Shown: positions 9,699 to 19,772 of the stretch, piece after piece
Layout of the letters: each line of letters opens with the position of its first letter
How positions within the stretch are numbered: position 1 is the first letter of the stretch
Origin: Bdellovibrionales bacterium
Lineage (GTDB): Bacteria; Bdellovibrionota; Bdellovibrionia; Bdellovibrionales; JAMPXM01
Assembly: GCA_043739185.1 (NCBI GenBank)
Contig: JAYUEN010000188.1
Coordinates: 1 to 45,931, forward strand
Direction: 5' to 3'
Length of the DNA stretch: 45,931 nt
Position numbers and translations under genes: made by a program
The notes under the pieces: model-generated
What the model was told of the DNA's origin: nothing
Seen by the model: the letters and a program-made list of their open reading frames with translations, nothing else
Databases searched by the model: none

Positions 9699-10230
9699 CC
9701 TTATCCTTAGTAGCTACAGAGACGGGACTCTTTTGCTTAACAAGCTCTAAAAAAAGAAGAGTGCAGACGCCAGTAACTATTCCCATATCGGCAATATTAA
9801 ATGCTGGCCAAGAATAAACTTGAAAGACTCCCTGAGCGTTCTTATAGCGTAAAGTGAAATCCAAGAAATCGACGACATAGCCAAAATGCAAACGATCAAT
9901 ATAATTACCAACGGCCCCTGCAAAAACCAGAGAAAGAGAAACCGCCATCCATTTATCATTGTCGCGAATGCCCCTCATTATTGCTAAAATAATTAAAAGT
10001 GCAATGGGAGGCATTGAAAGAAAAAACAAATCGCGAAAGGCGGGATGGCTACTCGCTAAAAATCCGAATGCAGCTCCGGGATTTCTCACATAAGTAAAAT
10101 TGAAAAAATTTGCAATAACCTGGTAGGATTCGCCTAACTTAAAATGAGTATGAATAAATATTTTTGCAACTTGATCAGACGTCACGATGACGCCGCTTAT
10201 AGCTGCAAGCAACAAATATTTTATTTTCAT
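9667..10230 (-). CDS. lspA: Lipoprotein signal peptidase II
   Basis: DQVAK, RNPGAAFGFL, GAVGNYIDR, VVDFLD, WPAFNIAD; ATGA overlap with ileS. Confidence 0.96.
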   Translation of the reverse strand: MKIKYLLLAAISGVIVTSDQVAKIFIHTHFKLGESYQVIANFFNFTYVRNPGAAFGFLASSHPAFRDLFFLSMPPIALLIILAIMRGIRDNDKWMAVSLSLVFAGAVGNYIDRLHFGYVVDFLDFTLRYKNAQGVFQVYSWPAFNIADMGIVTGVCTLLFLELVKQKSPVSVATKDKDVAVGTSARD

Positions 10231-13013
10231 TCCAAAGCCCTCACGCATTTTGGACAAACTGTCGGAAATTTCGGACTCAAGCCAATCTTCTCATCAAAAT
10301 ACCAACAGCGCTCGCACTTTTGGCCCTTGGCTTTACTGACTGATATCTTAGCGGGTCCCTGACTTAAGTTCACTTGGCTTACAATATAATACTCAGATAA
10401 ATTATTTTCATACTTTTTAAGAACTTTGTAACTATCGCCTTCCGCGGTTATTTCAAGGCGCGCATCGAGTCCTGAGCCAATGATTTTCTCGCGGCGCAAC
10501 TCTTCAAGTGCCTTTGACACTTCTGAACGCAACTCAAAAAGTTTTTCAAATTCAATTTTAAGCTGTGAGTTATCCCACTTGGCATTCGTTTTTGGATAAT
10601 CTAACAAAAATATGCTCTCAGCTTTATTGCCCGGCATATAAGTAAGCGTCTCTTCAGACAGAAAAGAGGTGATCGGAGCCATGATACGAATCAAATTTCC
10701 CAAGAGTTCAAATATGACGGTTTGCGACGATCTGCGTTCTAGAGAATCTTTTCTCCAAGTATAGAGGCGGTCTTTTAACATATCCAAATAAGCTGCGGAC
10801 AAATCGACAGTGAAAAAATTATTTAAGAGATGATAGACTTTAAAGAACTCATATTTTTCATATGCGTCGGTGGATTTTGCTATCAAATCATTGAGTTTAC
10901 TAAGTGCAAGTTGATCAAGGGCCGTCAATTCGCTGTAGGCGACTTGATCTTTTTCAGGCTTAAAATCTCCTAAGTTTCCGAGCATAAAGCGAATGGTATT
11001 ACGGAACTTTCGATAACTCTCCGTTACACGCTGAAAACTTTCAGGACCACAGCTTAAATCATCGCCAAAATCTTCATAGGCTGCCCAAAGGCGCAAAATT
11101 TCAGCGCCATCCTTTTTCCAGATATCTGCTGGGTCAATTACGTTCCCAAGACTCTTACTCATCTTGCGACCCTTGGCATCGTTCACAAATCCGTGAGTAA
11201 CCAATGCTTTAAACGGAGCTTTTCCCGTCGATGCAATCGATGACAATAAGCTCGTTTGAAACCAGCCTCGGTGTTGGTCACTTCCCTCTAGGTAAATATC
11301 AGCGGGACTTGCAAGATCACTTCTGCGACTTTGCACGGCTGCATGGCAAGCGCCTGAATCAAACCAAACATCTAGAATGTCTTGACCGCGTTTGAATTCA
11401 TTGTGGCCGCACTTCTTGCATTTGCGATCCCCAATGAAGTCTTTGATCGGGAGTTTATGATAGGCTTCGATGCCGCCATTTTTCTCCATGAGATCTGCGA
11501 CTTTCTCCATGACTGCAACTTCGAGAATTTCTTGATCACATTTCTCGCAATAAAAAACCGGAATAGGGACGCCCCAAATTCTTTGACGTGACAAAGTCCA
11601 ATCTGGACGATTTTCAATCATTGAACGAATGCGGCTTTCTCCCCATTTCGGAACAAATTGAATTTCCTTAAGAGCTGCCAGAGCTTTTTTGCGAATAGGG
11701 TTAGATTCTAAATCCATGCCTAAAAACCATTGAGGCGTAGCGCGAAAAATAAGTGGTGTCAGCGAGCGCCAATTATGGGGATAACTATGTTCAAAAATCC
11801 TGGCAGAAATCAAATGACCACTTTCGCGTAAACGCTCTACAATTACCGGATTCATTTCAAAAATTTGCTTACCCTGATACTCAGGCACTTCATCCGTATA
11901 TCTGCCGGCGGCATCAACCGGGCTTAAAACTTTGAGACCATATTTTAAACCAACTTTATAGTCATCTTGACCATGCCCAGGCGCTGTATGTACCGCACCC
12001 GTACCTGCATCTGCACTCACATGATCACCGAGAACAAATAAGGACTCTCTTGCAATAAACGGATGCTTTGCCGTCAAGCGATCGAGCTCGGCCCCTTTGG
12101 TTTTGATACCTGTGGGAGTAAGTGTCACTCCCGTTTCTTTTTCGAAAGCCTCTTTCAATTGCGTGGCGATGAGCAGATAGTTTTCTTCAGTTTCAAAAAA
12201 TTGATATTCAAAATCAGGATGAAAGGCGATACCAAGATTGGCAGGAAGGGTCCACGGAGTTGTCGTCCAGATCACAACAGCTGTCGGTTTTTTCAGAAGC
12301 TTTGAAGAAAATTTCTCAAGACCTTTATCCATAAAAAATTTCACATAGATTGAGTGACTCTTATGTGGGGCATATTCGACTTCTGCCTCAGCAAGAGCCG
12401 TCTGCAATGTCGGACACCAATATACAGGTTTTTCGCCGCGATATAAGACGCCATTCTTCAAACAGCGGGCGAGCTCACGAACTTCTTCAGCTTCATAAGC
12501 CGGATCAAGTGTTAAATATGGGTTTTCCCATTCACCTAAAATCCCGAGACGCATGAATTGGTTTTTTTGAATTTCGATCCACTTCTTTGCTTCCTGTCTG
12601 CAAAGCTCACGAATATCAGCTTCTGATTTTTCTTTTCTCTTCGGGCCTAATTCTTTGGTAACTTTGTGTTCAATCGGCAAGCCATGACAATCCCAACCAG
12701 GAATAAAAGCTGCCCTATACCCAGACATATTTTTATACTTTACGACAAAATCTTTGAGGCACTTATTGAGCACATGACCGATGTGAATATTGCCGTTGGC
12801 ATAAGGGGGGCCGTCTGGCATCACAAATTTAGGGCGCGCCGAATTTTTTTGCAAAATTTTATGATAGAGTTTTCTTTCATTCCAACCGGCAATGGCTTGC
12901 GGCTCTTTTTCTGCAAGATTGGCCTTCATCGGAAAATCAGTAATCGGCAAATTTAACGTATTTTTTAGTTCATTGGCTTGAGACGCGCTTTTATTGTCGC
13001 TATTTTGACTCAC
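10227..13013 (-). CDS. ileS: Isoleucine--tRNA ligase (type 1)
   Basis: DGPPYANGNIHIGH, PGWDCHGLPIE, WTTTPWTLPAN, EGSDQHRGWF, KMSKS, C-terminal CERCW/CPKC zinc finger. Confidence 0.99.
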   Translation of the reverse strand: MSQNSDNKSASQANELKNTLNLPITDFPMKANLAEKEPQAIAGWNERKLYHKILQKNSARPKFVMPDGPPYANGNIHIGHVLNKCLKDFVVKYKNMSGYRAAFIPGWDCHGLPIEHKVTKELGPKRKEKSEADIRELCRQEAKKWIEIQKNQFMRLGILGEWENPYLTLDPAYEAEEVRELARCLKNGVLYRGEKPVYWCPTLQTALAEAEVEYAPHKSHSIYVKFFMDKGLEKFSSKLLKKPTAVVIWTTTPWTLPANLGIAFHPDFEYQFFETEENYLLIATQLKEAFEKETGVTLTPTGIKTKGAELDRLTAKHPFIARESLFVLGDHVSADAGTGAVHTAPGHGQDDYKVGLKYGLKVLSPVDAAGRYTDEVPEYQGKQIFEMNPVIVERLRESGHLISARIFEHSYPHNWRSLTPLIFRATPQWFLGMDLESNPIRKKALAALKEIQFVPKWGESRIRSMIENRPDWTLSRQRIWGVPIPVFYCEKCDQEILEVAVMEKVADLMEKNGGIEAYHKLPIKDFIGDRKCKKCGHNEFKRGQDILDVWFDSGACHAAVQSRRSDLASPADIYLEGSDQHRGWFQTSLLSSIASTGKAPFKALVTHGFVNDAKGRKMSKSLGNVIDPADIWKKDGAEILRLWAAYEDFGDDLSCGPESFQRVTESYRKFRNTIRFMLGNLGDFKPEKDQVAYSELTALDQLALSKLNDLIAKSTDAYEKYEFFKVYHLLNNFFTVDLSAAYLDMLKDRLYTWRKDSLERRSSQTVIFELLGNLIRIMAPITSFLSEETLTYMPGNKAESIFLLDYPKTNAKWDNSQLKIEFEKLFELRSEVSKALEELRREKIIGSGLDARLEITAEGDSYKVLKKYENNLSEYYIVSQVNLSQGPAKISVSKAKGQKCERCWYFDEKIGLSPKFPTVCPKCVRALE

Positions 13014-13044
13014 TTAATATCCCCAAAATGCTGTGAATTTTGGA

Positions 13045-13623
13045 TTAATCTATCAGGCTTTTTAGATTTTTGTAAGCAATTGCAACCAACATATTGATTG
13101 CCTCGAGGTCAGAGCTCAGATTCAGCTTCTCCTTGACCTCCCGAATCATGTACTGGCTACTCGAATTTAGCTGTGGAGTCTGCACTTTCGACCCAGGAAT
13201 TTCGCTTCGGAGCTGAGCCGCAAAACCTTGAGGCGCTTGAACGCGCTCCTGTTGAAAAACTGGCGGCGGAAGAGGGGGGAGCTGGGGCGCCGGACTCGTT
13301 GACTGGCTCATTCCTTGACTCAAACCTTGATTGGCCGGAGCAGGATCTTCAAATTGCTTTAGACCCTCAGCCAATGACTTTAAATCCGTCATAAAGTTCT
13401 GCGCACTTACTGGTGCGTCGGCATAAGGATTGGTACTTTGGCTTTCCATCTTCTTTTGATTATAGAGCTGAGATCTTTGAGTTTTTAAGTAAAGTGCAAT
13501 CAAAGATTCAGGATTCCGAGCAAGTTCGCGCACCGACTCGGGCTGAGCTTGCAGCCACATATATGCTTGGGAAAGCATTTCGCGTGTGAACGCCTGAGGA
13601 GGATATAAATTGCTCGATGACAT
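13045..13623 (-). CDS. Hypothetical protein (structured ends, Gln/Pro-rich linker)
   Basis: 192-aa ORF co-oriented directly upstream of ileS. Confidence 0.75.
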   Translation of the reverse strand: MSSSNLYPPQAFTREMLSQAYMWLQAQPESVRELARNPESLIALYLKTQRSQLYNQKKMESQSTNPYADAPVSAQNFMTDLKSLAEGLKQFEDPAPANQGLSQGMSQSTSPAPQLPPLPPPVFQQERVQAPQGFAAQLRSEIPGSKVQTPQLNSSSQYMIREVKEKLNLSSDLEAINMLVAIAYKNLKSLID

Positions 13624-13865
13624 AAGGGCAGAACGTTACAAATCTTCATCAATCGAAGCAATGAAAAAAATTGCAGACGACAATAAAATCTCAAAGCTTT
13701 GTTAAGGGCGCATTTAAAGGCTTTCGAGCAAAATTAGCGATGTCTAAAAATAATTTTTAGAAGTTGACTTCGAAAAAATCGATAAAAAATTTTGACTCAG
13801 TCATTTCATTTGCAAGCTCCTAAATTTCAGATTAAAAATCCGGCAACCAACCAAAAGGAGCTTTT

Positions 13866-14261
13866 ATGAAAATATTTTTCTTTGCCCTTGTAATCGGACT
13901 TCCATTTTTTGCACATGCCGCAGATCCTTGCTTAGATATTAAAACAAACTTCATAGGAACTTTCGCCACGGTTGCAAGCTCCAACTACGGCCCCACTGAA
14001 CGTGATATAGTTGAAGTTACCAAATGGCCCGATGGATTGATCTTCACCGTTATGGTCAATGGAATCCCTCAGCAACAGTATCACATCGAATTTGGCGAAG
14101 GCTCATCGAAGGGTCATCCGACCTGCTTGCTTTCAATCGGCCAAGCTGTTTTGACCTCTACTTTTGTAGATGCTGTCAAAGGACACTTTAGCTTTACCGG
14201 AATGAATGCACGCGGCCCATTTAAGATGGAAGCCACTCGCATCGGTGCTCGCCTTCATTGA
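13866..14261 (+). CDS. Secreted hypothetical protein
   Basis: AAGGAG RBS, signal peptide ending AHA|A, two Cys. Confidence 0.75.
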   Translation: MKIFFFALVIGLPFFAHAADPCLDIKTNFIGTFATVASSNYGPTERDIVEVTKWPDGLIFTVMVNGIPQQQYHIEFGEGSSKGHPTCLLSIGQAVLTSTFVDAVKGHFSFTGMNARGPFKMEATRIGARLH

Positions 14262-14652
14262 AGGTGCCTGCTAACATTTCGTAATTAAGCGCTTGAAGGT
14301 TTTGAATTGACTCTACTTTAGCGAGCTGATTTTTTCGATTGGTCGTCATTTCGTTTGAAAACTCGAATTGTTTTTTTCGAAAGGCGGCCTTGAGATCTTT
14401 TGCTTCAACTTTATCATATGCTTGGTTAAGCCAATTGAGCACAATTTCTGTAGAACTAAAAAGAGTTGCATCTTCAATAAGCGGAATGATTCCTCGCTTT
14501 TTTCCAAGAAGAATTTGAAGGCTGCTCCAAGGATATTCTTCAACGTGTTCGCAGATCTCGGCGGCCACTGGATTTCGATAAGTATATTTACAAACATGCA
14601 AATAATAGAGTGGATTTGATACCACCGAATTATAATATCGCTGCCCCCTAAA
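14221..14652 (-). pseudogene. Truncated REP-associated tyrosine transposase (RAYT/Y1) remnant
   Basis: In-frame FRGQRYYNSVV..YYLHVCKYTYRNPVAAEICEHVEEYPWSS matches the RAYT C-terminal half; no room for the N-terminal HUH part before the upstream gene stop at 14697. Confidence 0.75.
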
Positions 14653-14696
14653 TTGTAGCCTGTGTTCAACTGCTTGCCGGGCCGAATTACGAAATC

Positions 14697-16187
14697 CTAG
14701 GTGGCACTCTCAAAATAATCTTTTGCGTTGATTCCGTATTTTTCGATTTTGCGAAGCAAAGTCTTTTTTGGAATATTTGCATGAAGAGCTGTTTGATTGA
14801 TTCTGCCTTTAAAAGCCTTCAAGGCTTTTATGATAAATTCTTTCTCAAAGGCTTCTTTGTGCTTATTAAAATCAAGCGCTTCGCCATTGATTGATACCAT
14901 TTCAAGGCTCTCTTCAGCCGTATCATCGCTCAGCTCTGAGCCAATAGATTCAAGTTCATCATCGTCAAGAATTTCGGCGTCAATTGTTGGCGCTGATAGA
15001 TTTGAAACGCTCACTCCGGTTGCCATCAAAACCGATTCAGGTAAAGAAGCAAGAGTTAAAATATTACCGGTCTCTAAGATAAAGGAATGCTCAATAACAT
15101 TTTCAAGTTCTCGAATATTTCCTGGCCAGTCATACTTTTTCATAACTGAAGAGGCTTCAGGCGACATTCCGATGACTCTACGTGAATGAGTCTTATTGAA
15201 CTTTTTGATAAATGTTTGGATTAAATTTTCAAGGTCATTTTTTCGCTCAGCTAAAGAGGGCAAAAATATTGGAATAACATTCAAGCGATAAAATAAATCT
15301 TCTCTGAATTTTCCTTCTTTGATCATTTCTTCTAAGGGGCGGTTGGTAGCCGCGATAACGCGAACATTGGATTCAATCTCCCGATTGGAACCTACTGGAG
15401 TGAATAGTTTCTCTTGTAAAACCCGTAGCAATTTAACTTGCATAAGAACCGGCATATCACCGAGTTCGTCTAGGAATAGGGTTCCGCCTTCTGCGAATTG
15501 AAATTTACCAACTTTTCTTTCGGAAGCGCCTGTGAATGAGCCCTTTTCATGGCCAAAGAGTTCGCTTTCAAATAGATTTTCAGGAATAGCAGAACAATTG
15601 ATGGCAACAAACTTTTGATCTTTGCGAGCAGAGTTAAAATGAATGGCTCTGGCAACCAGTTCCTTACCAGTTCCTGAAGCTCCGCGAATCAAAACCGGAG
15701 TATCCACTTTTGATAGCCGATTGATGATATTAAATACTTTTTGCATTTCAGCGGTATTGCCGATGATTTTGCGGCCGGCCTCCATAAGGACTGGTGCGCT
15801 AGCAGCAATCTCAGAGATTAAACTTTGAGCTTTCAAAGCGCGATCCATGAGAGCCAATAGATCTTCGCCTTTGACAGGCTTTGAAATATAGTTGAAAGCG
15901 CCCTCTTTAACAGCGCGAACCGCATTGTCGATGGTCGCATAAGCTGTCATGACAATAACAATAATGCTGGGATCATATTCTTTTATAAGCTTGAGGGCTT
16001 CAAGGCCATCAAGGCGAGGCATATCGACATCTAATAAAACCAAACTATACGAATTGGCTTTTACTTTTTCAATGGCATTGATGCCATCAAAGGCCTCATC
16101 AATTTCAAATTGGCCACGTTGGGCAAGACTTTCTTTTACTGAAAATCTTAAGCCCTGATCATCGTCGACTACTAAAACTTTAAGCAT
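14697..16187 (-). CDS. Sigma-54-dependent response regulator (NtrC family, REC-AAA+-HTH)
   Basis: VLVVDDD/LDVDMP receiver, GASGTGKE, ESELFGHEKGSFTGA, LFLDELG, WPGNIRELEN, C-terminal HTH. Confidence 0.95.
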   Translation of the reverse strand: MLKVLVVDDDQGLRFSVKESLAQRGQFEIDEAFDGINAIEKVKANSYSLVLLDVDMPRLDGLEALKLIKEYDPSIIVIVMTAYATIDNAVRAVKEGAFNYISKPVKGEDLLALMDRALKAQSLISEIAASAPVLMEAGRKIIGNTAEMQKVFNIINRLSKVDTPVLIRGASGTGKELVARAIHFNSARKDQKFVAINCSAIPENLFESELFGHEKGSFTGASERKVGKFQFAEGGTLFLDELGDMPVLMQVKLLRVLQEKLFTPVGSNREIESNVRVIAATNRPLEEMIKEGKFREDLFYRLNVIPIFLPSLAERKNDLENLIQTFIKKFNKTHSRRVIGMSPEASSVMKKYDWPGNIRELENVIEHSFILETGNILTLASLPESVLMATGVSVSNLSAPTIDAEILDDDELESIGSELSDDTAEESLEMVSINGEALDFNKHKEAFEKEFIIKALKAFKGRINQTALHANIPKKTLLRKIEKYGINAKDYFESAT

Positions 16188-16263
16188 GCAAAACCTCGTT
16201 AAAACGTTCTACTGTAAATCAAATCAACACTATTACACTTTACGGCCCATCTTCGAAGCCTTT

Positions 16264-18138
16264 CTATGTACCCTCAACTTGAACTTGAGGCAACTCCACA
16301 GTGAATGTCGATCCTTGGCCAGGTGAACTGTCCAAGCTAATTCTTCCTTTATGGAGTTCCACAAAGTATTTAGCAAGATACAAGCCAAGGCCAGAACCCT
16401 TAATTACCGATGATTTTGCGGACTTACTTCGATAGAACTTCATAAAGACGTGACCAATTTCGTCGGCTGGGATTCCGTTACCTTGATCGGCAATCTGTAC
16501 GACGATATGGCCATCGCGCTCTTCGGTAGAGACCAAAATACGTGATTTTTCAGGGCTATATTTGATCGCATTTTCAATGAGGTTCGAAAACACCTGCCGG
16601 ATCAAATCCACATCCATTTTGAGGCTAAAAAGGGTCTCAAATTCGGTTTGAATGACGATATTTTTTTGGCTGGCGGCATATTCACATTTCGCGATCACTT
16701 CATCTAGAAGTTGATTGGGATCCTTGCTTGATAGGTGGAGCTTGAGTTCTTTGCTTTCAACTCGGCCCAAATTTAAAATAGAACTTATAAACTCAACCAA
16801 TTCGTCACAAGATTTTCGGATATTTAAAACCGCATCTCGCTGGCGCTCCGAAAGAGCTGCGGCTTCACCCATTACGACATCGGTCATGCCGCTGATGCGA
16901 GCCAAAGGGGTTTTCAAATCATGCGACATCATACTTAAGAAATTTGTTTTGAGCTCTTCTACTTGAGTTAGCAATCTGTTTTTTTGCAGATATTCCCAAC
17001 TCTTGCGATTTTCAATAATAAGGCGATAGGGAATGAAAAAATAATAACAGACAAAAATCGATAAAAATGGATGACTCATATCAATCCACAGTCCCGCCCA
17101 CCAAAAAAGAAAATAACAAATAATTGAAAACGACACAAAGGCTCCACCCAGAATTGCTAGGCCCTTGGTGGGTTTTACTAAGAGCACGACATAAACAGTG
17201 AGCATTGATATGAGGCTGGTTATAAGTAAGCTGAGCCATGAGGGAGTCTGCACAAAAGCAGAATTCAAAATCATAGTATCGAGCATATTGGCATGCATTT
17301 CTAAGAAACTCATGGCGATGACATCTCTTGAAAATGGTGTTCGAACATAGTCGTCAACGGTAGCCTGAACGTCTCTGCCCACGACGACAATGCTATTCTT
17401 AAATTGGCGGCGATCTAATTTGTCGTTCATAGCATTGAAAAAACTAGTGCGCGGATAAGTACCTGATGGTCTAAAATCGATAAAAACTTGGTTGGAGGCA
17501 AAAAATTTGAAAAGCCCACGAATATTTTTTTCATCGCGTATTTCGGTATTGTAAAGACCGGCGACCGTAGGATGCATCAGCATTTCATTTTGAAAGGAGG
17601 TAAACATACGACGTGTGACATCGTCTTTTGCAGCCAATTTCAAATCAGATGTATAGGGCGCAGATACCGCTTTGAGTTTTTCAAATGGCGGCCTAGGTAT
17701 AAAATTGGCCTCTTGGCTCTTTGGCCAAACATCACTAATGGCAATCATGAAAAAGGGGAATTCTTCGGCCTTATGTGCAAGTGCCACGAGTTCATCGTAA
17801 CTGCCAACGACTTCGCCAGGACTAATCAAATAGATAACAACTTTTACGCCAGCCTCTTTTAATTGCGAAAGCAACTTAAGGTGATCGCTCGCATTTGGCG
17901 TGCGATTCATGCTGTCGATGGTTTTTGGGTCAATCGCTATAGTTTGAACAAATCCAGACATCGGAGAAACGGGTTTAAGCCTCATGCGCAGGTCATAGAG
18001 GTAGGACTCAATGAAATCGAAACTAAATTGATTCAAGATAAAGGCAATAGAAAGCGCAAAGCTCACTCTGACGAGTGTCTGTAAATGCCTTTCAAAAACT
18101 AATTTCAATTGGTGAAACCAAGCTAAAACTAACTTCAA
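16264..18138 (-). CDS. CHASE2-domain sensor histidine kinase
   Basis: N-terminal TM, YLYDLRMR..IAID..T and EMHAN CHASE2-like motifs, 3 TMs, SHDLKTPL, NLIENAIKYS, DQGNGI, GSGLGL; TTG start. Confidence 0.9.
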   Translation of the reverse strand: MKLVLAWFHQLKLVFERHLQTLVRVSFALSIAFILNQFSFDFIESYLYDLRMRLKPVSPMSGFVQTIAIDPKTIDSMNRTPNASDHLKLLSQLKEAGVKVVIYLISPGEVVGSYDELVALAHKAEEFPFFMIAISDVWPKSQEANFIPRPPFEKLKAVSAPYTSDLKLAAKDDVTRRMFTSFQNEMLMHPTVAGLYNTEIRDEKNIRGLFKFFASNQVFIDFRPSGTYPRTSFFNAMNDKLDRRQFKNSIVVVGRDVQATVDDYVRTPFSRDVIAMSFLEMHANMLDTMILNSAFVQTPSWLSLLITSLISMLTVYVVLLVKPTKGLAILGGAFVSFSIICYFLFWWAGLWIDMSHPFLSIFVCYYFFIPYRLIIENRKSWEYLQKNRLLTQVEELKTNFLSMMSHDLKTPLARISGMTDVVMGEAAALSERQRDAVLNIRKSCDELVEFISSILNLGRVESKELKLHLSSKDPNQLLDEVIAKCEYAASQKNIVIQTEFETLFSLKMDVDLIRQVFSNLIENAIKYSPEKSRILVSTEERDGHIVVQIADQGNGIPADEIGHVFMKFYRSKSAKSSVIKGSGLGLYLAKYFVELHKGRISLDSSPGQGSTFTVELPQVQVEGT

Positions 18139-18217
18139 GAGTGCTCCTAAAGATCCAAGGGCCTACGCAGTCAATTGAAGGCCGATCATAATCTAAGAGC
18201 AGGGCTTCTGACAAGCG

Positions 18218-18244
18218 AACTAGAGCTCCGGAAGAGCCCTAGCT
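18218..18244 (-). terminator. Stem-loop 3' of the peptide gene (weak terminator or stabiliser)
   Basis: mRNA sense AGCTAGGGCTC-TTCCG-GAGCTCTAGTT, weak U-tract. Confidence 0.5.
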
Positions 18245-18268
18245 AAAGAGATTTCTTATAATCTTGGC

Positions 18269-18391
18269 TTAATCGTGTCCGGTCGGAACACAGCCCATGG
18301 ACATGGTTTTTTCAATGACCACTTTTTTGCCGTCTTCTTTTCGAACTGCGAGCTTCGCCTTATTTGGGCTTACTTTCTTAATAAACTTCAC
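18269..18391 (-). CDS. Putative RiPP precursor peptide, 40 aa: MKFIKKVSPNKAKLAVRKEDGKKVVIEKTMSMGCVPTGHD
   Basis: Translated by hand (below ORF-track cutoff); GTG start with AAGGAG RBS, overlaps the rSAM stop, TAA at 18269-18271, single Cys34. Confidence 0.8.
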   Translation of the reverse strand: MKFIKKVSPNKAKLAVRKEDGKKVVIEKTMSMGCVPTGHD

Positions 18392-19772
18392 TTTGCTCTC
18401 CTTCACTTTCAGACTTTCGTGATTCTTCATAATATTCTAGTCCCTTCTGGATGATGGCTCTGGTTCGAGTACAAAACTCAGAGTCTTTTTTATGTTTATC
18501 TTGAGTGCGCGAACGGTGAACAAACATACAGCCGCCACCGCAAATATACTTAGCCCAGCAATCTCCACAATTGTTTAACTTAACCAGAGGATCAGCATAT
18601 TTGCCTAATTTTTCTTGGTCAATTGAGAGGCCTGAACCCAATTCTTCTTTTTTGTCGCCCACAAACCAATTGCAAGCATAAAACTTACCTTGGGTGTCGA
18701 CTTGTAGCACTGACTTTCCAGCTCCGCAATAGTTATGAATTCTCTTTTGTGAATCTAGAATTTGAAAATAATCATTAAATTGAGAAATTTTTCTTAGCGC
18801 CAATTCGCCACCTTTTTTAAAGGCGAAGTCAGCAGTTCGAAACAATTCTCGCAAATAGACTGGGCTGTGAATTTCATCTTCTAAGCCTGTTGCATAGGTA
18901 AACAGGATGCGATCCCAGTCAAATTTCTGCAAGAAAACATAGGTATTAAAAACTTCGGTATTGTGAGCTCCAAAAACACTGTGAACGCTCAGTGAGCCCA
19001 ATTGATCGTGCACTTTAAATAGGTCGGTAACACCTTTGAGGCATTTCTCAGTTGATCCAAGGCCGCCGGCAGTTGGTCGAGTCAAATCATTCATTTCCGC
19101 AGGTCCATCTAAGCTCACCACAACATTGACTTCAAAGCGGGCAAGCATTTGGGCAACTTCTGCATTGATCAGAGTTGCGTTTGTGGTGAGATCATAGCGA
19201 ACCGTAATTCCTCGAGGTAAGGCAAGGGCGTTGGTATATTCAGCAATGGCCACAAGTGCTTCCGGATAAATGAGTGGCTCGCCACCAATGAAGTTGATCG
19301 CGAATTTTTCATTGTCATCGAGGCGTTTTAAGAGAAGTTCAATTTGTGGAGTGACTTTGCTAATATCAACTTTGGTAACTTTTGAACCATAGGTACCGTC
19401 GCCATCAGCCGCACAATAGGTACATCTCAAATTGCAAACTTGAGTCACATTGATTGAAAGGGAGCGAATCTTCTGTTTGATATGGGCATCACCAACATCG
19501 GGATCCTTAGAGTCGCTCCAAGAAAGCACTTCACTCATCATTTCATTCTCAAGAGGCGAGCTTTGGGAAACAAAGGATTTCTGGTCGATCAAATTCCAGA
19601 TTTTTGGATCGAGTTCGGCGACATGCATATTTTCAACATGAAAGCCTAGAATTCTCTTTTCACTAATCTTAAATGCCACGATATTGCCGTAAGCTTTAAG
19701 GGAAGGCTGATCAGAAACAGGATCAAAAGCCTGATTCTCTTCCTTTTGAATTGTTTCTTCGGCCAAAAGCAT
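18378..19772 (-). CDS. Radical SAM/SPASM peptide maturase (ranthipeptide CteB/QhpD-like)
   Basis: CNLRCTYC, FIGGEPL, TTNATL, VSLDG, SPASM YCGAG..C and CGDCWAKYICGGGC..FC; ~100-aa N-terminal extension (RRE-like); ATG 19772 after GAGGG (ORF opens at 19793). Confidence 0.9.
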   Translation of the reverse strand: MLLAEETIQKEENQAFDPVSDQPSLKAYGNIVAFKISEKRILGFHVENMHVAELDPKIWNLIDQKSFVSQSSPLENEMMSEVLSWSDSKDPDVGDAHIKQKIRSLSINVTQVCNLRCTYCAADGDGTYGSKVTKVDISKVTPQIELLLKRLDDNEKFAINFIGGEPLIYPEALVAIAEYTNALALPRGITVRYDLTTNATLINAEVAQMLARFEVNVVVSLDGPAEMNDLTRPTAGGLGSTEKCLKGVTDLFKVHDQLGSLSVHSVFGAHNTEVFNTYVFLQKFDWDRILFTYATGLEDEIHSPVYLRELFRTADFAFKKGGELALRKISQFNDYFQILDSQKRIHNYCGAGKSVLQVDTQGKFYACNWFVGDKKEELGSGLSIDQEKLGKYADPLVKLNNCGDCWAKYICGGGCMFVHRSRTQDKHKKDSEFCTRTRAIIQKGLEYYEESRKSESEGEQSEVY

